Below are positions 1-10,101 of a DNA stretch of 64,000 nt, in pieces. The DNA is from an uncultured delta proteobacterium. Lineage in GTDB: Bacteria > Desulfobacterota > Desulfomonilia > Desulfomonilales > Desulfomonilaceae. Location: contig CAWBKB010000001.1 of the NCBI GenBank assembly GCA_963789265.1, positions 1,888,001 to 1,952,000 of the forward strand, read 5' to 3'. Position 1 is the stretch's first letter. Every line of letters starts with the position of its first letter. The position numbers were made by a program, and so were the translations under genes. The notes beneath the pieces were generated by a model that saw only the letters and a list, made by a program, of their open reading frames with translations, searched no databases and was not told where the DNA came from.

Positions 1-388
1 GATCGAGGGAGACAATAGCCTGGGCGCCGGCGTCGCTCAGTTCATGGACAAGCTCCCACTCTTTGAACAAGGGGCTGCACGGAACGACCACTCCGCCCAT
101 TTTATTAATGCCGTAATGAGCAATATGATACTGAGGGCAGCTAGGAAGAAAAAGCGCAATGCGGTCCCCCTTCTTGAGGCCCGTATCGATCAAGAACCGG
201 GCAAACTGTTCCGACATTTGGTCCAGTTCCCGATAGGTCAGGTGTTTGCCGTAAAAGACAATGGCTGTCCTATCGGGGAAAACTTTGGCATTGTCCCGAA
301 GATATTCGAAAACAGGCTTTTTGCCTTGAGGATAATCCACCTCAATTCCAACATAATCGGGCCAGTCTTTCATCCATACGTGCTGCAT
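1..388 (-). CDS. Long-chain fatty-acid--CoA ligase (AMP-binding enzyme), 5' part; runs off the window edge
   Basis: Manual translation from ATG at 388 behind a GGAGG RBS: MQHVWMKDWPDYVGIEVDYP...FPDRTAIVFYGKHLTYRELD...GLKKGDRIALFLPSCPQY...GGVVVPCSPL. This is a typical acyl-CoA synthetase N-terminus. Not in the ORF track. Confidence 0.85.
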   Translation of the reverse strand, partial: MQHVWMKDWPDYVGIEVDYPQGKKPVFEYLRDNAKVFPDRTAIVFYGKHLTYRELDQMSEQFARFLIDTGLKKGDRIALFLPSCPQYHIAHYGINKMGGVVVPCSPLFKEWELVHELSDAGAQAIVSLD

Positions 389-434
389 CTCGGAACCTCC
401 TTGCCTCGCCGGGGAGCCTCGGGACTCTTGATCT

Positions 435-511
435 AATCCACAGATTGAGCAGATTCACGCAGACAAAAAAGACAATACTTCAATCTGCGGCATCTGTGTC
501 ATCTGCGGATT
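435..511. repeat. Imperfect palindrome built from short CAGA(T)/ATCTG units
   Basis: AATCCACAGATTGAGCAGATTCACGCAGA...AATCTGCGGCATCTGTGTCATCTGCGGATT; the arms are mutually complementary and intergenic. Confidence 0.7.
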
Positions 512-550
512 CGTTTACAAAGTCCCGATCTCCCGGCAGCGAGCCAACAC

Positions 551-1754
551 TCAGACCGCCCGCTCGATGATTGTCGCTACACCTTGGCCGCCGCCTACAC
601 ACGCGTTGGCGCAGCCGTACCGTCCATTGTTCTGCTCCAGTATGCGGGCCAGAGTTCCTACCAGCCGAATCCCCGTCGCACCCAGAGCATGCCCGATGGC
701 GACTCCTCCCCCCTTGACGTTAACCTTTTCCGGATCTATCCCCAACTCTTTGATGCAGTTCAGAGCCACAACGGAAAATGCCTCGTTTATCTCCCAGTAA
801 TCAATGTCCTTGGCCTGGAGCCCTGCCTTTTGAAGTGCTTTTTGGCTGGCAGGCACCGGCCCCGCGCCCATAATCGTGGGATCTACCCCCGCGAATCCGA
901 TGGACTTTATAGTAGCCAAGGGCTTGATCCCCTTTGCCTGAGCCGCTTCCTTTGACATCAAGATCATGGATGAAGCGGCCGCATTGAGCGGAGATGAATT
1001 CCCCGCGGTTATCTGATGGTCCTTCTTGTACGCAGGTGAGAGCTTTGCCAAGCCCTCGAGGGTCGTATCCGCTCGGTACAGCCTGATCCGTCTTCACGGT
1101 AAGAGTCGTACCGTCCGCCTGGGGCGCGTCTATGGGTAGTATCTCTCCATCAAAGAAACCATCTGCCTGTGCCTTAGCGGCGCGGTGGTGAGATCGCAGG
1201 GACCATTTGTCCATATCTTCCCTGGTCAGGCCGGACTGAAGGAGCAGCTTCTGGGCTGTAAGCCCCATATTCAGAGTGGTCATCATGTCCCAGTGCAGGT
1301 ACTCCGGAGCAGAGAATAACGCCAAATTGGGGGCGATCAACCCACCTTCCGTGGTCGATTGCCCCATTGGAATCCTCGTCATGTGCTCCATCCCGCCCAC
1401 CATGACGATATCGGCATTACCCGTGCCAACCTCAAGAAAACCCACGTGTATCGCGGCCATTGAGGAACCGCACTGCTGGTCCACAAACTTTGCCGCAACC
1501 GTCTTGGGGAAATTGGCCAAAAAGATCGGGAAACGACCGCCATAAGCCCATTGCTCACCGACCGCGGTGGCGCACCCTACTATGAAATCGTCGATTTCCT
1601 CGGGGTTAATCCCTGTTCTCTTGGCAACTTCAGGGAGCAACTTGGCCAACATTTCATCGGCCCGCATCTTGCCGAATACGTCCCTGGCCGGATCTTTAGG
1701 CCGCGAGCGGGATTGAGCTGTCCTCAAGTATCCTGCTATTACTACTTCTCTCAT
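551..1754 (-). CDS. Acetyl-CoA C-acyltransferase (thiolase); +1 frameshift near 1075, probably a sequencing error
   Basis: ORFs 801..1754 and 551..1051 join as DQAV|RADTTLEGLAKL. Motifs QQCGSS, NEAF, GHALGATG and CVGGGQG are present. Confidence 0.93.
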
Positions 1755-1837
1755 CTGAGTCTCTCCTTCATCAGTTATGAATTTGCTGTCTCAACTAAGA
1801 GCTGTGTTTCATAAGTTCGGTCGCGAAGCTGACGAAT

Positions 1838-1912
1838 GAGATTGCTTCGCTACGCTCGCAATGACAGGTGGTGGCAATGTCATTGCGAGGAGTGAAACGA
1901 CGAAGCAATCTC
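1838..1912. repeat. Palindromic intergenic repeat (GTCATTGCGAG...GAAGCAATCTC type)
   Basis: Two perfect 12-bp arm pairs: GAGATTGCTTCG/CGAAGCAATCTC and CTCGCAATGACA/TGTCATTGCGAG. Confidence 0.8.
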
Positions 1913-2028
1913 CGCTTCGGAAATACGCAACCAAATTTAGGAAATCCTGTGCTAAATGACGCTATTTGGCCGTCGGTGCCGGTTAGACATAAACGAGCGC
2001 CAATCACGGCCTTTATCCAGAGCCCCCG

Positions 2029-3834
2029 TCAGTCGTCGAAGACCGCGCTGCTCATATCCACTGTCAGGCCGTCGGACTCCATCAGCCTCCCGACTAAACC
2101 GTAGGTCTTGGGCACTTCATAATGAAAGTAGTACCGCATGGTATGAAGCTTGCCCTCGTAAAATTGTCTGTCCAGAGCAGAGCAACCGGCTTCCAACGCC
2201 CTCTTGGCCGATACACCTTGAGCCAGCCACTGCCACGCAACCGCGATGATTCCGAAGAATTCAAGGTAGAGCGTGGCATCCGCGAGAAACTTCTCCACAT
2301 CTCCCTGCAGAGCAAATTGTGCTCGGTGCAACGTGACTTTCTGAAGCTCGCCCAGGGCTTCTGTTAATCGTTCGGCATAGGTGCTGAGTTCCTGGTGCTC
2401 CATAGCAGCTTGGATAGTGGCCTGCACCGCCTCGAGATAGAGCCGCAGGGCCTTCCCATCCTTCATGACTACTTTGCGCCCGAGCAAATCCAGGGCCTGG
2501 ATGCCGGTAGTTCCTTCGTGAATAGGGTGTATCCTGATGTCGCGGTAGTATTGCTCGATCGGGAATTCCTGGCAGTATCCGTAGCCACCGAGTATCTGGA
2601 GTCCCTGGCTTACCGATATTATTCCATTTTCAGAAGGGTAGCTCTTTGCCACGGGCGTCAGCAGGTCGAGCAACAGCTCGTACCGTGCTTTTTGCGCTGC
2701 ATCTTCGGTCATACACAGGTCCGTGTATAAGGCGCATTGAAGAATCAGAGATAGAGAACCTTCCGTCACAGCCCTCTGGAAGAGGAGCATTCTTCTCACA
2801 TCCGCATGCTCTATGATAGGGATCTGAGGAAGTGTCGGGTCCTTGCTCGACAACCTGCGGCCTTGCGGCCTCTCTTTGGCATAATCCAGCGCGGTGTAGT
2901 AGGCCGCGGAGGCAATGGCCGTGGCCTGCATGCCCACCCCTATGCGCGCTTCGTTCATCATTTGGAACATATATGAGAGGCCTTTGTGGGCTTCACCGAC
3001 CAGATAACCTCTGCAATCGTCGTTTTCCCCCATACTGAGCTGGGTAATGGGGCACCCTCGATAACCCAATTTATGATAGACCGTGGCAACGGTGACGTCG
3101 TTGGGTTCCAGAGTGCTGTCGCTCTTGAGCCTTTTCTTGGGAACCAGAAAGAGGGAAATGCCCCTGACGCCGAGCGGAGCGTCTTTGATCTTTGCCAGCA
3201 TCATGTGGATCACATTGTCCACACCGTCATGGTCACCAGCAGAGATGAATATCTTCTGGCCTCGAATCTTGTAGTACCCCTGATCTGTAGGGTCTGCTCG
3301 AGTAATGATATCTGAAAGAGAGCTTCCCGCCTGCGGCTCGGTGAGAGCCATGGTCCCCTGCCACTCCCCCGCAAGCATCCTCGGGACGTAGGTTTCTTTC
3401 ATCTCGTCAGAGCCGTGAGAGAGGATCAGGTGGGCAGCGCCCGTGGTCAACCCTGAAAAGCCGGTGGCCGCAAAATTAGCGGCTGCAAAGACATAATTGC
3501 AGGCCATGTGTACGCTGACAGGCAGTTGCTGTCCGCCTACGTCGTACGGCATGGCCGAAGAGATCCATCCGCCCTCCCCCCATTCCTTCATCATGGTCTT
3601 GACTATAGGATGAACCTTCACCTGGCCATTTTCTAATACCGGCGCCTTTTCATCCATTTCCCGCAAATAAGGATACATCAAGTTGCGAGCCAACTTCAGA
3701 GCGGTATCCATTACAAGATCGAAGGTCTCGCGGCTGTGGTCCTCAAAATATGGTAGCTTCGAGAGCTGTTCGACTTTATGAACTTCGTAAAGCAGAAAAT
3801 CCAGATTTCTCTTGCTGACAAACTTTTCCGCCAT
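2029..3834 (-). CDS. Acyl-CoA dehydrogenase
   Basis: MALTEPQAGS, GQKIFIS, MNEARIG, GGYGY, IHEGTTGIQA. Start moved to MAEKF behind an AAGGAGG RBS. Confidence 0.95.
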   Translation of the reverse strand: MAEKFVSKRNLDFLLYEVHKVEQLSKLPYFEDHSRETFDLVMDTALKLARNLMYPYLREMDEKAPVLENGQVKVHPIVKTMMKEWGEGGWISSAMPYDVGGQQLPVSVHMACNYVFAAANFAATGFSGLTTGAAHLILSHGSDEMKETYVPRMLAGEWQGTMALTEPQAGSSLSDIITRADPTDQGYYKIRGQKIFISAGDHDGVDNVIHMMLAKIKDAPLGVRGISLFLVPKKRLKSDSTLEPNDVTVATVYHKLGYRGCPITQLSMGENDDCRGYLVGEAHKGLSYMFQMMNEARIGVGMQATAIASAAYYTALDYAKERPQGRRLSSKDPTLPQIPIIEHADVRRMLLFQRAVTEGSLSLILQCALYTDLCMTEDAAQKARYELLLDLLTPVAKSYPSENGIISVSQGLQILGGYGYCQEFPIEQYYRDIRIHPIHEGTTGIQALDLLGRKVVMKDGKALRLYLEAVQATIQAAMEHQELSTYAERLTEALGELQKVTLHRAQFALQGDVEKFLADATLYLEFFGIIAVAWQWLAQGVSAKRALEAGCSALDRQFYEGKLHTMRYYFHYEVPKTYGLVGRLMESDGLTVDMSSAVFDD

Positions 3835-3844
3835 GTGGCCTCCT

Positions 3845-5974
3845 TCATGCCGGGTAAAAGGTCCTTTTCGATTCGGCCATCTCTTTGAGGAGCGCTGCCG
3901 GCTGAAACCGCTGCCCGTACTGATTGGTAAGGTCAACAAGTTTGTTGTACACGTTGGCGATTCCCCACTTGTCCGCGTAACGGAATATGCCGCCCCGGTA
4001 AGGAGGGAACCCGGTGCCGTAGATCATTGCCAGATCCATGTCCTGGGGCCGGTCGCATACTCCCTGCTCCATCATCAGCGCAGCCTCGTTTATCCCCAGC
4101 GCAAGCATGGTATCTACGATCTCCTGATCCGAGACCTTCTTAGGAGTGGTCCCTTTATCCTTCAAATAGCCTTGGATAATGTCCACAACCTTTTGATTCG
4201 GTACCGGCTTCGGCCCGGTGTAGTCCATGTAACCCGCGCCGGTCTTTCTTCCGTAGCAGCCGGTCTGATAGATCAACTCAGTGAGAGGGTGAATCTTGTA
4301 CCTCTCCCCCAGCCTCTTCTCGAAAGTCTTGTTCACGTGGTGGTTGATGTCGATGCCGGTGAGATCGGAAAGCTCCGCGGGGCCCATGGGCATGCCGAAA
4401 TCCTTCATCACCCTTTCTATCTGATTCCCGTCCACACCGTCCGCAATCAGGTGTATGCTCCCGCCGAACAGCCCCCCAAGTTGCCTGGATACGTAAAAAC
4501 CGGGTGCGTCATTGACAACAATGGGTATTTTCTTGATCGCGCGGGCAAAGGCCACGGATGAAGCAAGAGTCTGATCCGAGGTCTTTTCGGCGCAGATAAT
4601 CTCTAAAAGCTGCATGCGGTGGGCCGGATTGAAGAAATGCAGCCCGATCATTCGCCCCGGATCATCCAATACAGATGCCATTTCGGTAATGGGGAGCGCT
4701 GAGGTGTTGGTGGCAAATATGGTTTCGGGTCGGCAGATACCCTCGAGCTTCTTCCATACATCCTGCTTGACCTTAATGTCCTCCAGTACCGCCTCGACGA
4801 TCAGGTCCGAGTCTTTAGCACCCTCGAGGGAAATGGTGGTCTTCAACTTCTTTTCGATCAGAGCATCCAAGTCGGCCTGGCTCATTTTCTTGTTTTTGAC
4901 GGCAAACTCAAAGGTCTTCCGGACGGATGCCACGCCTTTGTTCAGAGCCTCCTGGTTGATGTCCCACAGTGTTGTATCAAAGCCGGCTGAGAGCATCAGG
5001 TTGACGATACCCGAACCCATGACTCCGCCGCCCAACATGGTCACCTTTTGGATCTTGGCGGGCTCAATACCCTCGATTCGCGAGAGTCTGCCCGCGCTTC
5101 GGGTGTTTAAGAATATGCCAATTAGGTTCTTGGCCACGTCTGAAACCGCACAATCGCAGAACAGATCGGCCTCCCGATCAATGTCAGCCTCGATGTTGAA
5201 GGAAAGGCCCTTTTCTATTGCATCGATTGCTTTGAACGGTGCAATGTAACCTTTGGCCTTGCTCATGGCCATGAATCTGGCACCGTTGGCCATGGCCGTG
5301 AGTTCGGCCGCGCTGGGGAGACGGTTGTACCTGAAACGGGTCCGCTTATTATCGAGCAATTTAGGGGTCGAGGTAAACTTCGCGGCCGCGCTTAGCGCCG
5401 CTTGTACCAAATTCTCCGGATCCGCCACCTCGTCAATGAGCCGTCTGGACAAGGCCCTATGCGCATCAATGGGCTTCCCTACGGTAATCATCTCGAGCGC
5501 ATTTGGGAGCCCAATGAGCCGCGGTAGACGTTGAGTCCCTCCCGCACCGGGGATAAGCCCCACCTGAACCTCCGGCTGCCCGAGTTGAACACCCTTGGAC
5601 GCTATCCTGTAATGACAAGCCATCGCGATCTCAAGCCCGCCCCCCAAGGCATTGCCGTTGATTGCCGCAATCACGGGTTTGGGCCCCATCTCGATCTGGT
5701 TCAGAAAGGCGGACATTGCTCTAACTTTCGGAAGCATGGCGGCCTTTTCCTTCACCTTGTAGACTTCCGTGAGGTCGGCACCGGCTATGAAGTTCCTCCC
5801 CGTACCGGTAAGCACTACGGCTTTGATCTCAGGGTCCTCGAAACCGCCGGTTATGCCCTCCACCAACTCCATCACGAAATGCTCTGAAAGCTGGTTCACA
5901 GGAGGATTGCTCATGAAGAGAACTGCCACACCGTCCCGAATCTCAACTCTTAAATTGCTGAAATCAGTCTTCAC
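3845..5974 (-). CDS. Multifunctional enoyl-CoA hydratase / 3-hydroxyacyl-CoA dehydrogenase (FadB/FadJ-like)
   Basis: FIAGAD, GGGLE, PGAGGTQRLPRL; GGGVMG, EAVLED, NTSAL, HFFNP, PMGP. Confidence 0.95.
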   Translation of the reverse strand: MKTDFSNLRVEIRDGVAVLFMSNPPVNQLSEHFVMELVEGITGGFEDPEIKAVVLTGTGRNFIAGADLTEVYKVKEKAAMLPKVRAMSAFLNQIEMGPKPVIAAINGNALGGGLEIAMACHYRIASKGVQLGQPEVQVGLIPGAGGTQRLPRLIGLPNALEMITVGKPIDAHRALSRRLIDEVADPENLVQAALSAAAKFTSTPKLLDNKRTRFRYNRLPSAAELTAMANGARFMAMSKAKGYIAPFKAIDAIEKGLSFNIEADIDREADLFCDCAVSDVAKNLIGIFLNTRSAGRLSRIEGIEPAKIQKVTMLGGGVMGSGIVNLMLSAGFDTTLWDINQEALNKGVASVRKTFEFAVKNKKMSQADLDALIEKKLKTTISLEGAKDSDLIVEAVLEDIKVKQDVWKKLEGICRPETIFATNTSALPITEMASVLDDPGRMIGLHFFNPAHRMQLLEIICAEKTSDQTLASSVAFARAIKKIPIVVNDAPGFYVSRQLGGLFGGSIHLIADGVDGNQIERVMKDFGMPMGPAELSDLTGIDINHHVNKTFEKRLGERYKIHPLTELIYQTGCYGRKTGAGYMDYTGPKPVPNQKVVDIIQGYLKDKGTTPKKVSDQEIVDTMLALGINEAALMMEQGVCDRPQDMDLAMIYGTGFPPYRGGIFRYADKWGIANVYNKLVDLTNQYGQRFQPAALLKEMAESKRTFYPA

Positions 5975-6930
5975 TTCTATTTGCTCCTTTCGCCAGGCCC
6001 GTCCACCGTCGTGCTTGCGGACCTGTTATCGTGGGAAAAGCTGTTTTTGGATGAACGTGCGACTCGAATGAAACTCAGACTTGCCCTGGCATCGCATTAA
6101 GTATATCCAAGAGCGGTATTGATGATTATGAATCCGTTAATCCACGGATTGTCTTGATTCACAAAGGCGAGTCAGCTTGTGCCGCCCTTTTCGTTGCCGC
6201 TACTTTCTCCCTCTACGCTTCCGTGGAGGGGAGAAGCCCCATGTTGTCCAAAGGATGGGAGCACAGAAGAAAGTTCGGAGAAAGACGCGACTCTTACGCC
6301 GACCCCTGTGCTGCTCCGCAGGATCACACTTTACGAAAATAATCTTGATGGGCGAATCTTGTTCAATGGAGATAAACTCCTGCGGCAAACATTCCCCCAC
6401 GCTTGACAAAAAGATGTTAGCACGATAATGGAATGAAAGTAAAGGAAAATAGTTTTCCGAATGCTATTCTGCCAATCGCCTGAACGAACTCGGATTTATA
6501 TAATAAAGACCGATACATGGCAGATTAGGTCTTTTGGAGCTAGGCCGGCCTTTTGTACCGAAGCCCGGACCCGGCATACCTGCCGATCGCAGCTCTAAAA
6601 GAGATTTCCACTGAGTGGCCGCACTTCTGCGGACGTTGCGGAAAGTGAAAGGACGCGGGAATTCCCGGCCACGCTCCTCGTGGCAACTACTCGGCCTCTC
6701 TGATGACCGGGCAGCGACGAGCCGAAGGTAGAGGCACTGTCAGATAGAGGGTATTTGTGAATGGCATTTTCGTGCCATGGTCACGAACGCTACTCGGGAT
6801 CTACAGGGACGTGGAACCCAGGGAGACAAAGGGTGACGGGACGCGGCATAAAACCAATGCGCCATCAAACAAGCGACCATCCCAGCGAGGATATGGTGGG
6901 GCATCCCGTGCGGGACGCGGGACCGCGTGC

Positions 6931-6975
6931 GCGGGCATGACAACATGTAGGGGCGGGTTTGAAACCCGCCCCTAC
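6931..6975. repeat. GTAG-type REP palindrome with conserved tail, copy 1 of 3
   Basis: GCGGGCATGACAACAT-GTAGGGGCGGGTTTGAAACCCGCCCCTAC; near-identical copies at 9188 and 13989. Confidence 0.85.
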
Positions 6976-7061
6976 CATACTGTCCCACTAAAAACACGGA
7001 ATCACTTGTTTGAAAGTGAATCGGTATAAGATATTTATCATTCTAATGGAAGGAGACGATC

Positions 7062-8216
7062 ATGGCCAAGCGAACACTGAAAACGAACCTCTGTGACATG
7101 CTGGGAATCGAGTATCCGATCCTGAGCGCGGGAATGGGGCCTACACTAATAGGGGAAAATACCGGAGCGCCCGTGGAACTGGTTATAGCCGTGTCGGAGG
7201 CTGGGGGGCTCGGGGTACTTGGTGGAAGCGGATTTACGGTTGAGGAACTTCGTACGGCTATCCGGGAGATCAAGGCCAGGACTGATAAGCCATTCGGTGT
7301 CGATCTGCTTCTGCCCAAAAGTGTGGCTTCTACACCGGCTGAAGAATCAGAAGGCCCTGATGAGTTGCCGCTCAGTCAAATTCTCAAGACCCTGCCCAAG
7401 CCTCACCAGCAGTGGATCGAAAAGGTGAAGGCCGACATGGGGCTCCCCGATGTGGAGGTCATGATAAAGCGGAATACCACCACCAGGCGGCCAAAGGAGT
7501 CCATCCAGGTCTGTATCGAGGAACGGATACCTCTTTTTTGCGCAGGTCTCGGAAATCCAGGATTTATGGTAGAGCAGGCGCACGCGGTCGGGATGAAGGT
7601 GCTCGGCATTACGGGCAACTCGAAGAACGCCCGGCGCATGGCCGAATCCGGCGTGGATCTGATTGTGGCCCAGGGATATGAAGGCGGAGGTCATACAGGA
7701 AGGATTGGGACTATGGCTTTGCTGCCTCAAGCAATCGACGCTGCCGCGCCCGTGCCGGTTTTGGGTGCCGGTGGTATAGGCGATGGCAGGGGCCTGGCCG
7801 CTGCACTGGCCATCGGCTGCATTGGCGTTTGGATTGGAACCCGTTTTCTCGCGACCAAGGAAGGTGGGGCGCTCGATACTAATAAACAGCGAATTATCAA
7901 CTCTACCGATGAGGATACCCGCGTCAGCACGGCCTATACCGGCAAGACCTTGCGAGCAAGCCTGAACGAGTTTCACAAGCTGTGGGACGCCTCGGGTCTC
8001 GAACCGCTCCCCTTCCCCACTCAAGTCTTGATTTCTTCTGCACTTCTCTGGAGCTTTGTTGAGGCCAACAAGATTGACTTTGTAGGAGGTCTTGCCGGAC
8101 AGGTCTCGGGGCTCATACACGAAATTAAGCCCGCAGGGCAGGTTCTCGAAGAAATGGTGGAAGAAGCGGTGGACATACTGACCAGAAAGTTGCCGGAAAC
8201 AGTGATTGCTCGATAA
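7062..8216 (+). CDS. Nitronate monooxygenase / FabK-like FMN-dependent oxidoreductase
   Basis: AVSEAGGLGVL, QGYEGGGHTG, AGGIGDGRG, GTRFLAT, GQVSGLI. Confidence 0.9.
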   Translation: MAKRTLKTNLCDMLGIEYPILSAGMGPTLIGENTGAPVELVIAVSEAGGLGVLGGSGFTVEELRTAIREIKARTDKPFGVDLLLPKSVASTPAEESEGPDELPLSQILKTLPKPHQQWIEKVKADMGLPDVEVMIKRNTTTRRPKESIQVCIEERIPLFCAGLGNPGFMVEQAHAVGMKVLGITGNSKNARRMAESGVDLIVAQGYEGGGHTGRIGTMALLPQAIDAAAPVPVLGAGGIGDGRGLAAALAIGCIGVWIGTRFLATKEGGALDTNKQRIINSTDEDTRVSTAYTGKTLRASLNEFHKLWDASGLEPLPFPTQVLISSALLWSFVEANKIDFVGGLAGQVSGLIHEIKPAGQVLEEMVEEAVDILTRKLPETVIAR

Positions 8217-8293
8217 GTCTTGGCGAAATGCTTTATCTTGAGCTTTCCTATTGGCCAAGAGATTTGAATAAACTGCGATAGTGAGGGTGCGGC

Positions 8294-9130
8294 ATGATAG
8301 ATTCGGACCTGGTCGGGAAAAAGTACGGCCCGATCCCCTTTGAATACACGTGGAAAGATGTGATCCTGTACGCCCTGAGTATCGGGGCCCAGACCGATGA
8401 ACTCTCGTACGTATACGAGAACGCTCGGGCAGGGTTGCAGGTCTTTCCCAGCTTTGCGACCGTGATGGGCAGTCGCCTGTTTGCCGAACTCTTCAGTGAC
8501 GTGGAAGTTGACATGTCCAGGTTCATTCACGGAGAAGAGGCCATAAAGCTCTATCGGCCGATTCCGCCTGAAGGGAAGGCTCTCGTTAAAGGGGGAATAA
8601 CAAATGTGTACGACAAAGGTAAAGGCGCACTGATTATATGGCGCATGGACGTCACCACCGAAGTGGGTGAACCTCTTGCCAGGGCCGAGCACGGCATTTT
8701 CTATGTGGGCGCAGGAGGCTTTGGCGGAGACGCCGGCCCGAAGGCAGAAGCGCTTGAACCTCCCGAAGGAACGGACCCGAATTTCACTGAATCCTATTAC
8801 ATTCCCTGCAATCAGGCAGCCCTGTACCGCCTGAACGGCGATCTCAATCCTCTGCACGTGGATCCTGATTTCGCTAAGATGGGAGGTTTTCCTCGCCCTA
8901 TTCTGCACGGTCTTTGCACTTACGGTTATGCAGCGAGGGCCGTTCTGCGGAGAGTATGTGACGGAGATGTGTCACGCTTCAAAGAGTTTAGGGCTCGTTT
9001 TGCCGGCGTGGTCTATCCCGGGGATACGCTCGTGACTCAGGGATGGATGGACAAGGATGGCGGTTACTTTATTCGTTCCCACACGGAGCACGGGGTGGTG
9101 CTGAGCCACGCTTATGCGAGAGTTGAGTAG
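8294..9130 (+). CDS. MaoC-family double-hotdog (R)-specific enoyl-CoA hydratase 2
   Basis: Hydratase-2 motif YRLNGDLNPLHVDPDFA...ILHGLCTYG. Confidence 0.92.
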   Translation: MIDSDLVGKKYGPIPFEYTWKDVILYALSIGAQTDELSYVYENARAGLQVFPSFATVMGSRLFAELFSDVEVDMSRFIHGEEAIKLYRPIPPEGKALVKGGITNVYDKGKGALIIWRMDVTTEVGEPLARAEHGIFYVGAGGFGGDAGPKAEALEPPEGTDPNFTESYYIPCNQAALYRLNGDLNPLHVDPDFAKMGGFPRPILHGLCTYGYAARAVLRRVCDGDVSRFKEFRARFAGVVYPGDTLVTQGWMDKDGGYFIRSHTEHGVVLSHAYARVE

Positions 9131-9182
9131 AAAAAGATGAATGGGATAGCAATACGATTGGTTTCTAACACTGATTCACTTT

Positions 9183-9229
9183 GAAGTGTAGGGGCGGGTT
9201 TCAAACCCGCCCCTACACTTCGTCATGCC
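9183..9229. repeat. GTAG-type REP palindrome, copy 2 of 3
   Basis: GAAGTGTAGGGGCGGGTTT-C-AAACCCGCCCCTACACTTC followed by a GTCATGCC tail. Confidence 0.85.
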
Positions 9230-9347
9230 TACTAGCGCTAGAATCTAGCGGGGCTACCCCGCCATACCCCGGCAAACACTGTCACTCGTTTTAAGCCACA
9301 GCTATGAAATCGCCAGTACTGCCGCTACTCTCCTGAGTGTTTGATAC

Positions 9348-10101
9348 TTACAGTGGCTTTGTAGCCCTGAACAAAACTCCCTTGGTCTCGGCAGAACTGT
9401 CAATCCCTGTATGAGAGACCATCTCGGCTTCGACAAAGCCGACCTGCTTCAACATCGCCAGGAAATCCTTTCCTGGTATGGCTCCGCCAATTCACCCCGC
9501 CCAGTTGTCAATCCGCGTCTTGATATCCTCCGGCAGATAACCGGTAAGTACCTCGTCAGCCATCATGAGGCGTCCGCCGGGCTTCAGTACCTCTGAAGAC
9601 CTCTCTCAGGGCCTTTGGTTTGTCAGGCACGAGATTGAAAACCCCGCTGGAAATGACAACATCGAAATCTTGATCCGGGAATGGCAAATCTTCAGCAGAT
9701 GACTTCTGGAACGAGACATTTTTGAGATCGGTCAGGCCAAGATTTTGCCTTGCCCGTTCCACCATCTCGGGAGTCATGTCAATACCCACGGCCCTACCCG
9801 CGGGCCCTGCCATTATAGCGGCAATCATCGTGTCCACACCGCCGCCGCAGCCAATATCAAGGACGCTCTCGCCCTTCCGTATTTCTCCAAGAGAGAAGGG
9901 ATTGCCTACTCCGCAGAATGAGTCCAACACAGTCTCAGGCAAGGTGCGGAGAATATCCGGATCATATTTCAGGGTCTCCAGCCCGGCACGTCCTGTCGAG
10001 TAATTGAAGAGACCATGAGGATTGACCGCAACCTTGGCATATTTTCCCAGGATGCCACCCTCAATCTTCTTTCTGTGCTCGCCCGTAAGACTGGTTTTCA
10101 T
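9348..10101 (-). CDS. ArsM-like class I SAM methyltransferase, predicted selenoprotein (TGA 9494-9492); +1 frameshift near 9591
   Basis: SFCGVGNP, VLDIGCGGG, FDVVISSGVFNL. After removing one base it reads EVFR|VLKPGGRLMMADEVL...DNWAG-U-IGGAI...VLFRATKPL* (TAA 9350-9348). A SECIS-like hairpin follows the TGA. Confidence 0.85.
9458..9476 (-). promoter_or_regulatory. Candidate bacterial SECIS element of the methyltransferase
   Basis: mRNA UGA-N15-CCAGGAAA-GGA-UUUCCUGG: perfect 8-bp stem, apical loop starts with G. Confidence 0.75.

Noticed and set aside
6403..6429. TTGACA...GATAAT sigma-70 promoter
   Set aside because: The spacer is only 15 bp and the site is over 600 bp from the next gene; not supportable without TSS data.
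6694..6735. CTGATGA core suggesting a hammerhead ribozyme
   Set aside because: It is followed by GAAG rather than GAAA, and no stem III or cleavage triplet can be formed.
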